Shown: one piece after another, positions 49,645-59,920 of the stretch
Numbering within the stretch: position 1 is the stretch's first letter
Layout: every line of letters starts with the position of its first letter
NCBI GenBank assembly: GCA_965262115.1
Contig: OZ253496.1
Location: 1,792,001-1,856,000, forward strand
DNA from: Nitrospinales bacterium
GTDB lineage: Bacteria > Nitrospinota > Nitrospinia > Nitrospinales > VA-1
Direction of reading: 5' to 3'
DNA: 64,000 nt
Notes under the pieces: generated by a model
The model's input: only the letters and a program-made list of their open reading frames with translations
Told to the model about the DNA's origin: nothing
Database searches by the model: none
Program-made: the position numbers and the translations under genes

Positions 49645-50097
49645 TCACGTCTTTAGCACAATATCCCTAACATCATCGACTGACCAATTAGAAGCTCCCG
49701 GTAGCTCTTGGGCAAGTAAAATAAATATCAACATATAAAGATGGCTGCGCAAATACTCTCCTTCGTTGTTCCCAAATACTTGAGCCTCTTCAAATAAAAT
49801 TTTTATATATTCGAGAATTTTTAAGAAATCAAAATTCAGAAATTGATTCGATTCAATCTCGCTAGAATCAAAGATGGCTTTAGCCTTGTCTTCACAAGAC
49901 AAACCATATCTTATAGATAAATTATGGAATCTAGTTATACTTTCCGATCCAAGCTCAGATTCTACAAGTTCTTGACGAATTTCAACGGCATTTCTAAGAG
50001 AATGTACCCCTCTTCTAGTTTCCCATGTCTTTTCAAATTCCATCAGATTTTCGGCAAACCCATCAAATGTCTTATCCAATTTCATAATGTTCTCCAA
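49645..50097 (-). CDS. Hypothetical protein (AT-rich)
   Basis: 150-aa ORF 12 bp downstream of the RAMA-like gene. Confidence 0.55.
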   Translation of the reverse strand: MENIMKLDKTFDGFAENLMEFEKTWETRRGVHSLRNAVEIRQELVESELGSESITRFHNLSIRYGLSCEDKAKAIFDSSEIESNQFLNFDFLKILEYIKILFEEAQVFGNNEGEYLRSHLYMLIFILLAQELPGASNWSVDDVRDIVLKT

Positions 50098-50109
50098 ATA
50101 CGGTATCTT

Positions 50110-50544
50110 CTATTCAGCAACTCTTAATTTGTCTGACAAAATCCATTCTTGATCATTTGGTCGTTTGATATAGATATCTCTCCATGCATTTCGGCTTGTT
50201 CCCGTAACCAAACGGGTAAACTCGCTGGGACTAACTTCCTTCCCATCAAAAATAATTTGATTCCCCTGAACTGCAGCATAATACGTCTCCCCTGTATATT
50301 TCATGCTCAATAATGTTCCGTTTGGCATGAACACATTTTTCCAATGATAACCTTTGTCGGCTTGCCTTGGTCTGGCCGGTTCTAGCAACTCTTCCTTCCA
50401 TGAAGCATTTTGTACCCAATAATCAATAGCAAACTCTATTGCTTCTACTGGATCGTACTCACTCTTCTCCTCATGTAAAAATTCGGCTAGATTTAAAAAC
50501 TGTGACGTTTCAATTGGAATGCTGATAAAGCTTTTTGTATTCAT
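50110..50544 (-). CDS. Hypothetical protein with RAMA-like C-terminal domain
   Basis: GYHWKNVFMPNGTLLSMKY..YYAAVQGNQIIFDGKEVSPSEF..TSRNAWRDIYIKRP. Confidence 0.65.
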   Translation of the reverse strand: MNTKSFISIPIETSQFLNLAEFLHEEKSEYDPVEAIEFAIDYWVQNASWKEELLEPARPRQADKGYHWKNVFMPNGTLLSMKYTGETYYAAVQGNQIIFDGKEVSPSEFTRLVTGTSRNAWRDIYIKRPNDQEWILSDKLRVAE

Positions 50545-50762
50545 GTGGATCCCCCATAGCCAAGATTATAGTTCTTTCAAGAGTATAACAGTATATTTAC
50601 GTGTATCAATGCTAAAAATTAAGTATTTAGACTATTTATTGCTATTTATGTGGAAGATGTTCCCAAACTGGTACTAAAGTGCGGTATTACCAGGTAAGTG
50701 AGGCGAGGCCTGCCCCTTCGATGTGACTTGAGGGGGATTTTATTAAAAGCAACCCCCCTGGT

Positions 50763-50800
50763 TACCCCTCCGGAGCACGAAGATTAAGGAAAAATATCAC
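50763..50800 (+). repeat. R38 element
   Basis: TACCCCTCCGGAGCACGAAGATTAAGGAAAAATATCAC. Confidence 0.8.
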
Positions 50801-50956
50801 GACCGCTCAGCATGACAATTCAACCCCCCTCAGTCCCCCCTTATCATGGGGGGAGGCTTTTTTCACTGCGTCCAGCGTCACGCTGGTAGCCACATGCCTT
50901 ATGAGGTGAAAAACAAACTTAACTGATTATCTTTTACCCAAGGGTTAGTGCGGTTA

Positions 50957-52006
50957 TCAATCCTTTATTCTCTGCACGTAATAGGTTCCGCGTCCTTTGC
51001 TTTTAGTTTCGATGAAGCCTGAATCGAGCAGTTTTTCAAAATCCAGTTTGCGGGAAGCAAGGCTACGAGAGGAAATGACTCCGTATTCGCGTTGCGTGAT
51101 ACTGTCATGCTTGCTGATGTAGTCCAGAATTTGATGATGGTGCGGTTCCAAACGCGGCTGGGGGTTCAGGCTTTCGGGCAGTACTTTCCGTACCCGCCGC
51201 AATTCATCCAAAATACCGTCTGCAAAATATTCCAGCCACTTGGTAAAATCTATCGCCCCCTTTAATTCGTAATAATCGCCCTGAAGCCCGACAGCTTTAA
51301 AATAACGCATGATGTTCTGATTATAATAATTTTCAAAACTGAAGACCCCGAACAGATCCAGACCCGCCCTGCCCAGGATCGCGGTGGTCAGAAGCCGGGT
51401 GGTGCGCCCGTTCCCATCCATAAAGGGATGGATGATGACACTTTGCCGATGAAACAACCCGGCCAGAATTACCGGTTCAACCTTGCCAATCTTTTTATTG
51501 ATAAAATCTATGAGATCAGATGTCAGTTCCCGGACATCTTTTACATCTGGTGGCATGAAAACAATTTCATCCGGTTTGCGTGGGTTGCGGATGATAACGG
51601 GCGTTTTACGCAAATGACCGCAGTCGGCAGGATTATCCATCAAGCCGCTAACGACTTGGGCCTGTACTTTTTCAAGTGTTGCAATATTCAATTTGAATGT
51701 TTTCGACTTCACCGCCTTGTAGAGCCTTTGCAGAGCCTGATTGTAATTGAGCACTTCGCGTTCCGTGTCGCGAATGCGAGTAGTTTTGGCCTTCAGCAGT
51801 CGTTTGACATCGGTGAGAGGCAATGGGTTGCCCTCAATACTGGTGGAGGCGTAAGAAGATAGTTCTCTGGCATTTAGTTCCAACTTGGCCAGTGCTTTGC
51901 CCGTGAAGTTGAAGCTTTTGATCTCGCCAATGGCTTCCCCTATCTCGCGGATGATGAGCAAAAGCTTGTCGGTAATCGTATATTGCGGTGACCAGACCAT
52001 AACCAT
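50957..52006 (-). CDS. Fic family protein with C-terminal wHTH
   Basis: STSIEGN, IHPFMDGNGRTTR Fic motif; C-terminal ILDYI..ITQREY..KGRGTYY. Confidence 0.92.
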   Translation of the reverse strand: MVMVWSPQYTITDKLLLIIREIGEAIGEIKSFNFTGKALAKLELNARELSSYASTSIEGNPLPLTDVKRLLKAKTTRIRDTEREVLNYNQALQRLYKAVKSKTFKLNIATLEKVQAQVVSGLMDNPADCGHLRKTPVIIRNPRKPDEIVFMPPDVKDVRELTSDLIDFINKKIGKVEPVILAGLFHRQSVIIHPFMDGNGRTTRLLTTAILGRAGLDLFGVFSFENYYNQNIMRYFKAVGLQGDYYELKGAIDFTKWLEYFADGILDELRRVRKVLPESLNPQPRLEPHHHQILDYISKHDSITQREYGVISSRSLASRKLDFEKLLDSGFIETKSKGRGTYYVQRIKD

Positions 52007-52101
52007 AAGTTAGCCGTAAATTAGCCAAAAAGCAACGGCTAAAATCACACTTGGCTAATAAATGACTAGCCGCAATATAGCCATAATTTAGCCGATTAAC
52101 C
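52000..52101. promoter_or_regulatory. Array of TA(G/A)CC motifs upstream of fic (candidate operator)
   Basis: TARCC at 52000, 52011, 52022, 52067, 52078, 52089, 52097; inverted GGCTA at 52037, 52053. Confidence 0.55.
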
Positions 52102-52109
52102 CATCCTCG

Positions 52110-52202
52110 CGGCAGGGGGGCAACGAGCAATAACCCCCTCAAGCCGAGACAAACATTTCTAGCAAATAAAAGCTATTGCTCACTGGCCCTCACGTCCAGT
52201 GG
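52110..52202. repeat. Family-B element overlapping the GHMP kinase 3' end
   Basis: GGCAACGAGCAATAAC..TCAAGCCGAGACAA..GCTATTGCTCACTGGCCCTCACGTCCAGTGG. Confidence 0.7.
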
Positions 52203-53180
52203 GCGGGAGACAAAACGGAAGGGAAGCACCTGGTCTCCCCTTGAGGTGAGTGCTTCTATTATGGATTGTTTTTTAGCCGGAGGCACGAGGAAGGCTATAC
52301 ACCCGCCGCCGCCCGCACCACAAACCTTGCCCACCAACGCTCCCATTTTCAGGGCAGATCGAATCAGCCGGTCCATCTCGGGAGTGGTGATGTTGGGAGC
52401 CAACTGTTTTCGGGCTTTCCATTCCTTTGCAAAAATCGGGGCCAGACTTTTAAGTTGTCCCCGGCTCAATGCCTGTTCCATTTTCAGAGCGCAATCGCGA
52501 ATGGACTTCAGGTGACGGATCACTGCCCGGTTCCCATCCACCGCTTTTTTTGTGACCTCCCAATTATTGATCCCCGAGTTTCGCGGTTTGCCGGTATAAC
52601 ACAGCACAAAATGCCGGGTCAGTTCAGCAGGGCTGATGGCAAACTTTTCGGTCTCGGTGCCTTGGACTCCGGGAACGACTTTTCGAACTCCTCCATACAT
52701 TGCCGGAAAATAATCCTGGCATCCTGCGGGAACCTTAATGACCTGGGTTTCGATATTTTTGGCTATTTCAATCATCTCGGTCTTACGGTAACGTCGACCG
52801 GTAAAACGGTTGAGCGCCCCATGCAGAGCAATGTTCAAAGCGGAAGAACCGCCAATGCCCGAGCCCTGCGGAGCCTGACAGTCTGTCAATATTTCCAGCC
52901 CCGATTTTGGCGCGTAGAACTTCAACGTGCGCACAATAAGTTCTAAAGGGTGATTGTCTGGAAGCGCATTCAGCGAGGGAAAATTGTCGCTCAAACCCAA
53001 ATCGCGTGAGGTCAGAAAAATCCGTTTGTCTTTTCGGAGAATGATTTCAACCGTGGCATAAAGATCAATCGCCGCGTTGAGGGTAGGGGGATTATCAAAA
53101 AGCAGGTGCAAAGGCCAGATATCCAGCGTGCCCCCGGCCAGATCAATGCGGGTCGGGGCAGAGCTTTTAATGCGGAGCAC
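52173..53180 (-). CDS. GHMP sugar kinase (HddA/fucokinase-like)
   Basis: APTRIDLAGGTLD, PQGSGIGGSS, GCQDY, GKVCGAGGGG. Confidence 0.88.
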   Translation of the reverse strand: MLRIKSSAPTRIDLAGGTLDIWPLHLLFDNPPTLNAAIDLYATVEIILRKDKRIFLTSRDLGLSDNFPSLNALPDNHPLELIVRTLKFYAPKSGLEILTDCQAPQGSGIGGSSALNIALHGALNRFTGRRYRKTEMIEIAKNIETQVIKVPAGCQDYFPAMYGGVRKVVPGVQGTETEKFAISPAELTRHFVLCYTGKPRNSGINNWEVTKKAVDGNRAVIRHLKSIRDCALKMEQALSRGQLKSLAPIFAKEWKARKQLAPNITTPEMDRLIRSALKMGALVGKVCGAGGGGCIAFLVPPAKKQSIIEALTSRGDQVLPFRFVSRPLDVRASEQ

Positions 53181-53194
53181 CTGACCCAGGTCTC

Positions 53195-53827
53195 TCAGAG
53201 GTTTTCTGAATCTGTATTTGTTCTGGATTCAAGTTCGTCGATCTTTTTGCTCAGTTTACTGACCAGAGCCGCGTAGGATTCGGTACTGATTATTTTGGAG
53301 AACTGGGACCTGTAATTTCGAATCAGGCTAACCCCTTCTATCACAAAGTCGTAGACCAGCCATTCACCATTACTCTTGAGCATTTTATAATCAACATCAA
53401 TCACCCCATCCTTGCGAACAATCTGGGTTTTGACCAGGGCATATTTCCCCTTAACCTGTTCGTCCACATAATTAATGGTCTCATCCCGATAATTCTCAAT
53501 TTTGCTGGCGTAGGAGTTTTCAAGTAATCTTTTAAAAAGTCCGGTGAACTCTTTGCGTTCGGCATCGCTCCGGTCGTTATAATTCTTGGCCAGAGAGCGC
53601 ATCACCATCTGCTTATAATTGAAACGCAAGCCAATCACCTGGTGCAGTTTTTTCCTTCTTAGGACCGGATCTTTCTGGAGGTTTTCGTCAGCAACAATCT
53701 CCAGAACCTGATCGATGGTTCCCTTCACGTCCGCCGTGATTTGTGTTCCCGCAAACACCTGCCCAAAACCCAAAAGCAAAAAAACCGCAATCAACGAATA
53801 AACCCAAGCATATTTTATGTTCATCAA
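53195..53827 (-). CDS. MlaC/Ttg2D (HpnM-like) periplasmic lipid-binding protein
   Basis: Signal peptide; WLVYDFVIEGVSLIRNYRSQF. Confidence 0.88.
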   Translation of the reverse strand: MMNIKYAWVYSLIAVFLLLGFGQVFAGTQITADVKGTIDQVLEIVADENLQKDPVLRRKKLHQVIGLRFNYKQMVMRSLAKNYNDRSDAERKEFTGLFKRLLENSYASKIENYRDETINYVDEQVKGKYALVKTQIVRKDGVIDVDYKMLKSNGEWLVYDFVIEGVSLIRNYRSQFSKIISTESYAALVSKLSKKIDELESRTNTDSENL

Positions 53828-54145
53828 AAAATCCTCACAGTTAGTTTCACCCCGCCGTTTTGAACAACTCTAACAAATATGGTATTTCGAATCAAGCATC
53901 CAGCCATCCCCACCATTAAGATAATTCCTCACTTATTTTAACCCAGGAAAATGCCGATAAGTCATAGGGGACTCAGGCCCATTTTCACCCGTCGAAGTGC
54001 TAGCGGGGGTGGAAAAACTCCCCGGATCATAACTTATTTAAATTTTAACAAATTCTTTAAAATATTGACAAATTTTGCAGGATTTCATATAGTAGATAAA
54101 TCTCTAAAAGATCAAAAAAACAATAATTTAGAAAGGTATCCCATC

Positions 54146-55105
54146 GTGGGCCATTTCCGTATTCCCCCATTTCTGAAACTATCCCTTGTGCTTTTGGGAC
54201 TCCTGTTTGCCGGGTGTGGCACCGTTGACCTGGAAATTCGCCACGGTAGCACAAATACAGGCTTGCAACCCCGATCGGTAGCCATTTTGCCCTTCACCCT
54301 TGAGGAGCCGACTCATGAAAAAGTTGCTCCTCACGACCTGTTCCGAGACTGTTTTTACAATTATTTCAGTTTTCTCGGTTATGTTGACCTCCCCCTGGAA
54401 ACCATTGACCAAAAATTACTGCAGGCAGGCCTGACCGACAATAAAAAGATTTTAGAGTTGAGCCCTGAAAAGCTTCGGAAAATCCTGGGCGTTGACGCGG
54501 TGATTCGGGGCCGTGTTTTATCCGCCAGCAATTTCACCGGCGGCATTCATGCGGAAACCTCCCTCAAAGCAAAAATTGACATGCTTGATCTGAGAACAGG
54601 AGATGTTCTCTGGGAAACGGAACATAAGGAAATGACCTATTCAGGAATCCTTTCCCCAACGATTATCGAGATCATCCAGAGTCAAATGGACAACGTAAAA
54701 GTAAACCAGGCTTACTTCAAAACAGCCGAGATGTTTTCGATCAACATGATGAAGGAAATTCCCGACCCTGCTGACAGCTGGAAAGAGGAAATTCGCCTGC
54801 CGAAGATCATCAGCATTGAAACCAACTTGAAACCGAGCCTGAAACTGAAACCCGATGACCGGATCTATGTGAACCTGAAAGGCGACCCAGGACTGACCGG
54901 GTACTTCGGTATTGGAAGCTGGAAATCAGACATACCTTTAAAAGAAATCGTGCCCGGACTCTACACCGGAAGCTACACCGTAAAAGCTTCTGATGATGTA
55001 AGCAGTTCTTTGATAATCGGCACTCTGAAAAACAAAAACGGCCTCACTGGAAAAAAGTTCTACAAAGACGGCATGGCCCAGTTTGATCGTTCATCCACAC
55101 ACTAA
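54146..55105 (+). CDS. DUF799/GNA1162-like lipoprotein
   Basis: Lipobox LFAGC; PRSVAILPF; LGVDAVIRG; DLRTGDVLW; start uncertain. Confidence 0.7.
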   Translation: MGHFRIPPFLKLSLVLLGLLFAGCGTVDLEIRHGSTNTGLQPRSVAILPFTLEEPTHEKVAPHDLFRDCFYNYFSFLGYVDLPLETIDQKLLQAGLTDNKKILELSPEKLRKILGVDAVIRGRVLSASNFTGGIHAETSLKAKIDMLDLRTGDVLWETEHKEMTYSGILSPTIIEIIQSQMDNVKVNQAYFKTAEMFSINMMKEIPDPADSWKEEIRLPKIISIETNLKPSLKLKPDDRIYVNLKGDPGLTGYFGIGSWKSDIPLKEIVPGLYTGSYTVKASDDVSSSLIIGTLKNKNGLTGKKFYKDGMAQFDRSSTH

Positions 55106-55107
55106 CT

Positions 55108-56391
55108 ATGATTTTGGCTAAACACATTTCCAGTCTTCGTCGGTCTTTTGCGATGTTGCTTTTGGCAACCCTGGTTTCTGCCTGCGCCTCAGACCTGCAA
55201 ACCAAGGTGTCCGGACATCTTAATGGACTGTCCAAGCATCAGACTGTGGCCATCCTGCCTGTTGAAGCAAACAATGCGGGGCAAAAGGAAATGGCAAAAA
55301 TGTTCCGGCAAGGTTTATATGCCAACCTCAAGCAATCCAAATTCAATTTACTGGAAAAATATATTGTGGACGGTCTGCTGAAGCAGAACAACTTGAACGA
55401 TCCCGCAAGCTTTCTCGCTATCAATCCGATGCAGTTTGGTGAAATCCTGGGCGTAGATGCCATTGTGTTCAGCCGGATCAACAAAGTGGAGCGCAGTTAC
55501 TTTATTGTGCATTCCTCTATCGAACTCAGCGTCTCCGTGCAGATGGTGGACACGCGCACCGGAGAGATTCTCTGGCGAGCTGAACAAACGGAACATGATT
55601 TTTCCGGTATCGGCAAAATCCCAACCGGAATCTTCGCCGCCCTGCTCGCTCCCATTCAGTTTGTGACCAATAAATTCAACCTGCGCAAGATGACCTCCAA
55701 AATGGTCGATAAGCTGACCGCCCTGGTGAAGAAACCCGAAGATGCGGGAAAAGAGACTCAATTTGAAAAAACGGTGATCGCAAAAAAATCCACCACCGAC
55801 TTGAATAAAATTGAAGAGATCCAGCAACTCAGAGCTGAATGGAACCAGGCGCTGGCTCTGGATGAGGAAGTTTTATCAGGTGAAAGCCAAAAAGAAGTAA
55901 TGGTTCCGATAAAAAGTTCTTTATCGCCAGTAGGAAAAATTCAAAACGAGGTGCCGCTGAGAGCGGTGGTTCGCAAAGTCGGTGCCACGGATGCAGAAAG
56001 GACCCAGCATCCAACTGCTCCTCCTGAAACAAAAAAACAAAAAACTGTAACACCCGTTCCCTTGAGCGCGTATAAAGCAACCCCGGCCACATCTCCCCGC
56101 ATCAATGACCATCTATCTCGCGTAAAAGCTAAATCCGGCAAAAACTTAAATAAAAGTCCAACACCAGCGTTATATACCGTGCAGGTAGGGGCTTATAAAA
56201 CTAAAGCCTATGCTCAAAGTCTTTTGAAAAAACTGGTAAAAAAAGGCTACAACGCTTTCGTGGTCCATAACAAGATTTACAAAGTGCAGGTGGATAGATT
56301 TAAAAATAAAAAGGACGCTCTCAAACTCGCCCAACTCATCCAGAAAAACGAAAACCTGAAAAACTTTGTGACCCCCATCCAAACGGGTTAA
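55108..56391 (+). CDS. DUF799-like lipoprotein with C-terminal SPOR domain
   Basis: Lipobox VSAC; VAILP; LGVDAIV; DTRTGEILW; YTVQVGAY..YKVQV SPOR. Confidence 0.75.
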   Translation: MILAKHISSLRRSFAMLLLATLVSACASDLQTKVSGHLNGLSKHQTVAILPVEANNAGQKEMAKMFRQGLYANLKQSKFNLLEKYIVDGLLKQNNLNDPASFLAINPMQFGEILGVDAIVFSRINKVERSYFIVHSSIELSVSVQMVDTRTGEILWRAEQTEHDFSGIGKIPTGIFAALLAPIQFVTNKFNLRKMTSKMVDKLTALVKKPEDAGKETQFEKTVIAKKSTTDLNKIEEIQQLRAEWNQALALDEEVLSGESQKEVMVPIKSSLSPVGKIQNEVPLRAVVRKVGATDAERTQHPTAPPETKKQKTVTPVPLSAYKATPATSPRINDHLSRVKAKSGKNLNKSPTPALYTVQVGAYKTKAYAQSLLKKLVKKGYNAFVVHNKIYKVQVDRFKNKKDALKLAQLIQKNENLKNFVTPIQTG

Positions 56392-56460
56392 ACCTATGGT
56401 CAACGAAATTTTTTCTATTAAAGATATCGGCTATTGGTCAGAAATCAAATTCGGAATTTC

Positions 56461-56912
56461 CTAATAGCCTTTCCAGCCGTCAGAATAAACGATGCTATCA
56501 GGCACCACCTTACGTTTAATAATGGGATATAAAGTTGATGACGAAGCATCGGTAATGACCTTCGTGTAGACCTTGCCACCCCGCTTTAGAAGCCCAAATA
56601 CCGGGGTTTTACCGGCTGCGCCCCGACCTCTCTTCCCCTTCCGTTTGCCGCCGAAATAGCTCTCATCTACTTCAATCTCACCACTAAAAACCCTATCCGC
56701 TTCTTGCTCAAGTTCATACGCCAGGGTTTCTCGCAAACGGTGAAAATAATAAACTGCGGTTTTGGGATTGACTCGGACAAGGGCCGAGGCACAGCGGACT
56801 GTCGTTCCCGCTACAAAATGCTCCATCCATCTATCCTGCTTTATCTTACTTAGTCGGCTCTTCCTCACAACCACCATAATAACACCTGAATAGCGTTATC
56901 TGGGTCAGCCCC
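56461..56912 (-). mobile_element. IS1595-family (IS1016-like) element, 3'-truncated
   Basis: End GGGGCTGACCCAGATAA (56896-56912); GEIEVDESYFGG..RGRGAAGKTPVFGLLKRGG..VYSD. Confidence 0.88.
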
Positions 56913-57600
56913 GAAATTAATTCGGAAGATGGTGCAGGAAATTTCATTGAACAAACTGAAAGCGCTAACAATATTCTGGTGAATATGGAAGCAAAAGCCT
57001 TTTCATGGATTCAGGAAGGAAAGACTGATCAAGCAAAGAAAGTTTTATTCAACAAGGACTATGAAGAGCAGAAACTGATCTTCTCAAAAGGCATACAGGA
57101 TTTTGTTAAAGAAATTATTTTGGGAAATCAAAAAGAAATCGATGACAACAACAGTCGCCTGATCGTCTTCACTTTTGCTTCCAGTTTACTTATACTCTCC
57201 AGTTGGGTCGCAGGCCTGATTACGTTCCAAAAATATTCTTCCCAGCGCCGGAGATCAGAAGATCTTTCAACGAAGTTTAGCCATATTCTGGATGATTCTT
57301 TCAATGAAATATATGTGTTTGACAGCAAGAGTCTTAAATTCCATCAGGTCAGCAACTGCTTCACAAAATAACCACTTTTGGAGATCGTTTAATAGAAAAA
57401 GCAGTGAATTTAGACGAGCAGAGCCGAGATTTTATTAAGCGAATGCAAAAGTCCGCATATAGAATGAAAAAATTTATCGATGACTTGCTTCGTTTTTCAA
57501 AGGTTTCAACCGAAAATATTCCTTTCAAAAAAGCTGACCTGGAACATACAGCAAAAACAGTTGCGGCTTGGCTTTCTGGCATTGAAGGCTTTGGTTACCG
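56913..57600 (+). pseudogene. Sensor histidine kinase fragments
   Basis: Sensor/TM segment, ILDDSFNEIYVFD (PAS start), RMKKFIDDLLRFSKV (HisKA end); discontinuous. Confidence 0.65.
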
Positions 57601-58734
57601 TTTTGATGCCACAAATCTATCCAGCAGATCGAAGAATTTGAGGATTTCGTCTTCGCTGTTATAAAAATGCGGCGAGAGGCGAACCAGACCGTCACGAACC
57701 GTGATTTTGACCTTTTTCTCCAACATCCATTCATAGAGCTGGCCGATATCCTGATTCATGACGAAAGCAATATTTCCGGAGCGCTCCTCCGGTCGGGTGG
57801 AACTGTAAACTTTTAGTCCGCGCTGGTTGAGTTGTTCGAGAACCTGATCGCCCAGAGCCATCACCCGCTTCTCGATATTTTCAATTCCTGTTTCCAGTAG
57901 CAGGTCCAGTGCCGCACCAAATGCGTGAATGCTCATCGTGTTGGGCGAACCTTCTTCAAAACGTTGCGCACCCGGCCTGAAGGCAAACTCATAATTCATG
58001 AAGTCTGCGGCATTGACCATGTTTCCCCATCCTACCGTTACCGGATAGACCTTTTCTAGAGCACCCCTGGAAATATAGAATCCGCCAAGCCCCTCGACAC
58101 TGAGCATCCACTTATGCCCATCTGCAGAGAGAAAATCGATATGATCGCGTTTCACATCCATCGGCAGGAGTCCCAGGCTTTGAATGGCATCGACGCAAAA
58201 CAAGATGCCCTTTTCTTTGCAGAATGCGCCGATGCGGTTGAGATCACAACGGAATCCACTATTGCATTCCACCGAACTGATGGAAATGAGTCTGGTCCGG
58301 GCATCCACCTGCTTGACCAGATCGTCAAACAACACCCGCCCCTCAACAGCAGGAACCATGCGGGTTTCAACGCCCAGGCGTTTCAGGTTCCACCAAGGGT
58401 AAACATTGGCAGGAAACTCAATGTCGGGGATGACCACATTGTCGCCCGACTTCCAACCCAGTCCATTGGCAACGATGGAAAGTCCTTCGGAGGTGTTTTT
58501 GACGAAAGCCACCTCATCCGTCCCGGCGTTGATGAGCCGGGCAAAACTTTTCCGGGACTGTTCGATACCCACCATCCAGGTTTCGTAATGGACCGTGCCG
58601 TGGCGGGTGGCGTCATCCACAAATGCAGTCACCACTTTACGCACCCGCTCGGGCAAGGGAGCCACCCTGGCATGGTCAAAAAAAATCAACTCCCCCGTGA
58701 CGGGAAACTCTTCTTTGATATTTTCAAAATTCAT
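57595..58734 (-). CDS. Class V PLP aminotransferase / cysteine desulfurase-like
   Basis: FFDHARVAPLP, KNTSEGL, EFPANVYPW, VDAIQSLG, ADGHKWML, RLSPHFYN. Confidence 0.9.
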   Translation of the reverse strand: MNFENIKEEFPVTGELIFFDHARVAPLPERVRKVVTAFVDDATRHGTVHYETWMVGIEQSRKSFARLINAGTDEVAFVKNTSEGLSIVANGLGWKSGDNVVIPDIEFPANVYPWWNLKRLGVETRMVPAVEGRVLFDDLVKQVDARTRLISISSVECNSGFRCDLNRIGAFCKEKGILFCVDAIQSLGLLPMDVKRDHIDFLSADGHKWMLSVEGLGGFYISRGALEKVYPVTVGWGNMVNAADFMNYEFAFRPGAQRFEEGSPNTMSIHAFGAALDLLLETGIENIEKRVMALGDQVLEQLNQRGLKVYSSTRPEERSGNIAFVMNQDIGQLYEWMLEKKVKITVRDGLVRLSPHFYNSEDEILKFFDLLDRFVASKR

Positions 58735-58741
58735 TTTGGCC

Positions 58742-59920
58742 TTACGCCGAGTAGCGGCTCGTCCCTCGTAATATGGACTTAAAACCATATTTGTGACGGA
58801 TGTGGTCGATGCCCTGATACAGACCGTCCCAACATTGCCCCCCTTTACCCTCAAACAAATCTTCCTGCCGATAAGGGTGTGCGGTCAACGAAGTGAACGC
58901 GATACCGATGAGGCGCACCTGCATACGACGCGTAAACAGTTTGCGGAACAATCCCGCACAGGTTTTAAATAACGTATGGTCTTCCGCTGTTGGCATCTCC
59001 AGTGTTTTTGATCGGGTCACTGTCTTAAAATCGGAGTACCGCAGTTTCAACGTCACCGTACGGGCAAACAATTTGTTTTCCCTGAGCTGGCCCGCCGCTT
59101 TTTCGGTCAGGTAACTGAGTGTGGACTCCAGAAATAACGGGTCTGTTGAATCCGTCTCCAATGTCGTTTCACGGCTGATCGAGCGCGGGTCTTCAGTTTC
59201 GCTGATGACCGGACTGTCACTGGTCCCCCTGGCCTTGCGGTAAAGAGATACGCCCCATTTGCCATAGACCTTTTCAAGAAGTTCAAGCGGCAGGCGGGCC
59301 AGGTCGCCCACAGATTTAACGCCCATGCGTTGTAGTTCGGCACCGCCTTTTGGTCCGATACCCGGAACGCGGCGGATGGGGAGCGGAGCCAGAAACCTTT
59401 GTTCCATTCCTGGTGCGATCCACAACATTCCATTTGGCTTGCAATAAGCCGAAGCGATCTTGGCCAGCAGTTTGTTGGAAGCAATACCGATGGAAGCGTT
59501 CAATCTCAATTCCTCACGAATCTCGTTGCGAATCTTTTCCGCTGAAGCCAGCACCGGACCGTGCAGTCTTTCGCATCCGGTCAAATCAACAAACGCTTCA
59601 TCCAGCGACATCGGTTCCACCAGAGGGGAGTAACGTTTTAAAATTTCAAACACTCTGGCCGAATACTCGCTGTACCGCCGGTGCGAACCGCGCAGAAAAA
59701 TCGCGTGCGGACACAACCTCTTCGCTTTCGCAATCGGCATTGCGGAATGAACACCATACCGCCTCACCGTATAGGAGGCGGCCGCAACCACCCCTCTCCC
59801 TTCAGGGCTACCACCGACTATTACAGGTTTTCCCTTCAGGGATGGGTCGAGCACCTCTTCCACCGACACGAAAAACGTGTCCATATCCACATGCAAAATT
59901 CTACGCAGATTCGTATTCAT
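58742..59920 (-). CDS. dinB: DNA polymerase IV
   Basis: HVDMDTFFVSVE, VAAASY, SLDEAFVD, LAKIAS..KPNG. Confidence 0.95.
   Translation of the reverse strand: MNTNLRRILHVDMDTFFVSVEEVLDPSLKGKPVIVGGSPEGRGVVAAASYTVRRYGVHSAMPIAKAKRLCPHAIFLRGSHRRYSEYSARVFEILKRYSPLVEPMSLDEAFVDLTGCERLHGPVLASAEKIRNEIREELRLNASIGIASNKLLAKIASAYCKPNGMLWIAPGMEQRFLAPLPIRRVPGIGPKGGAELQRMGVKSVGDLARLPLELLEKVYGKWGVSLYRKARGTSDSPVISETEDPRSISRETTLETDSTDPLFLESTLSYLTEKAAGQLRENKLFARTVTLKLRYSDFKTVTRSKTLEMPTAEDHTLFKTCAGLFRKLFTRRMQVRLIGIAFTSLTAHPYRQEDLFEGKGGQCWDGLYQGIDHIRHKYGFKSILRGTSRYSA

Noticed and set aside
58735..58854. 113-bp overlap of the aminotransferase ORF with dinB
   Set aside because: A better start, MNFENIKEEFP at 58734, removes the overlap.
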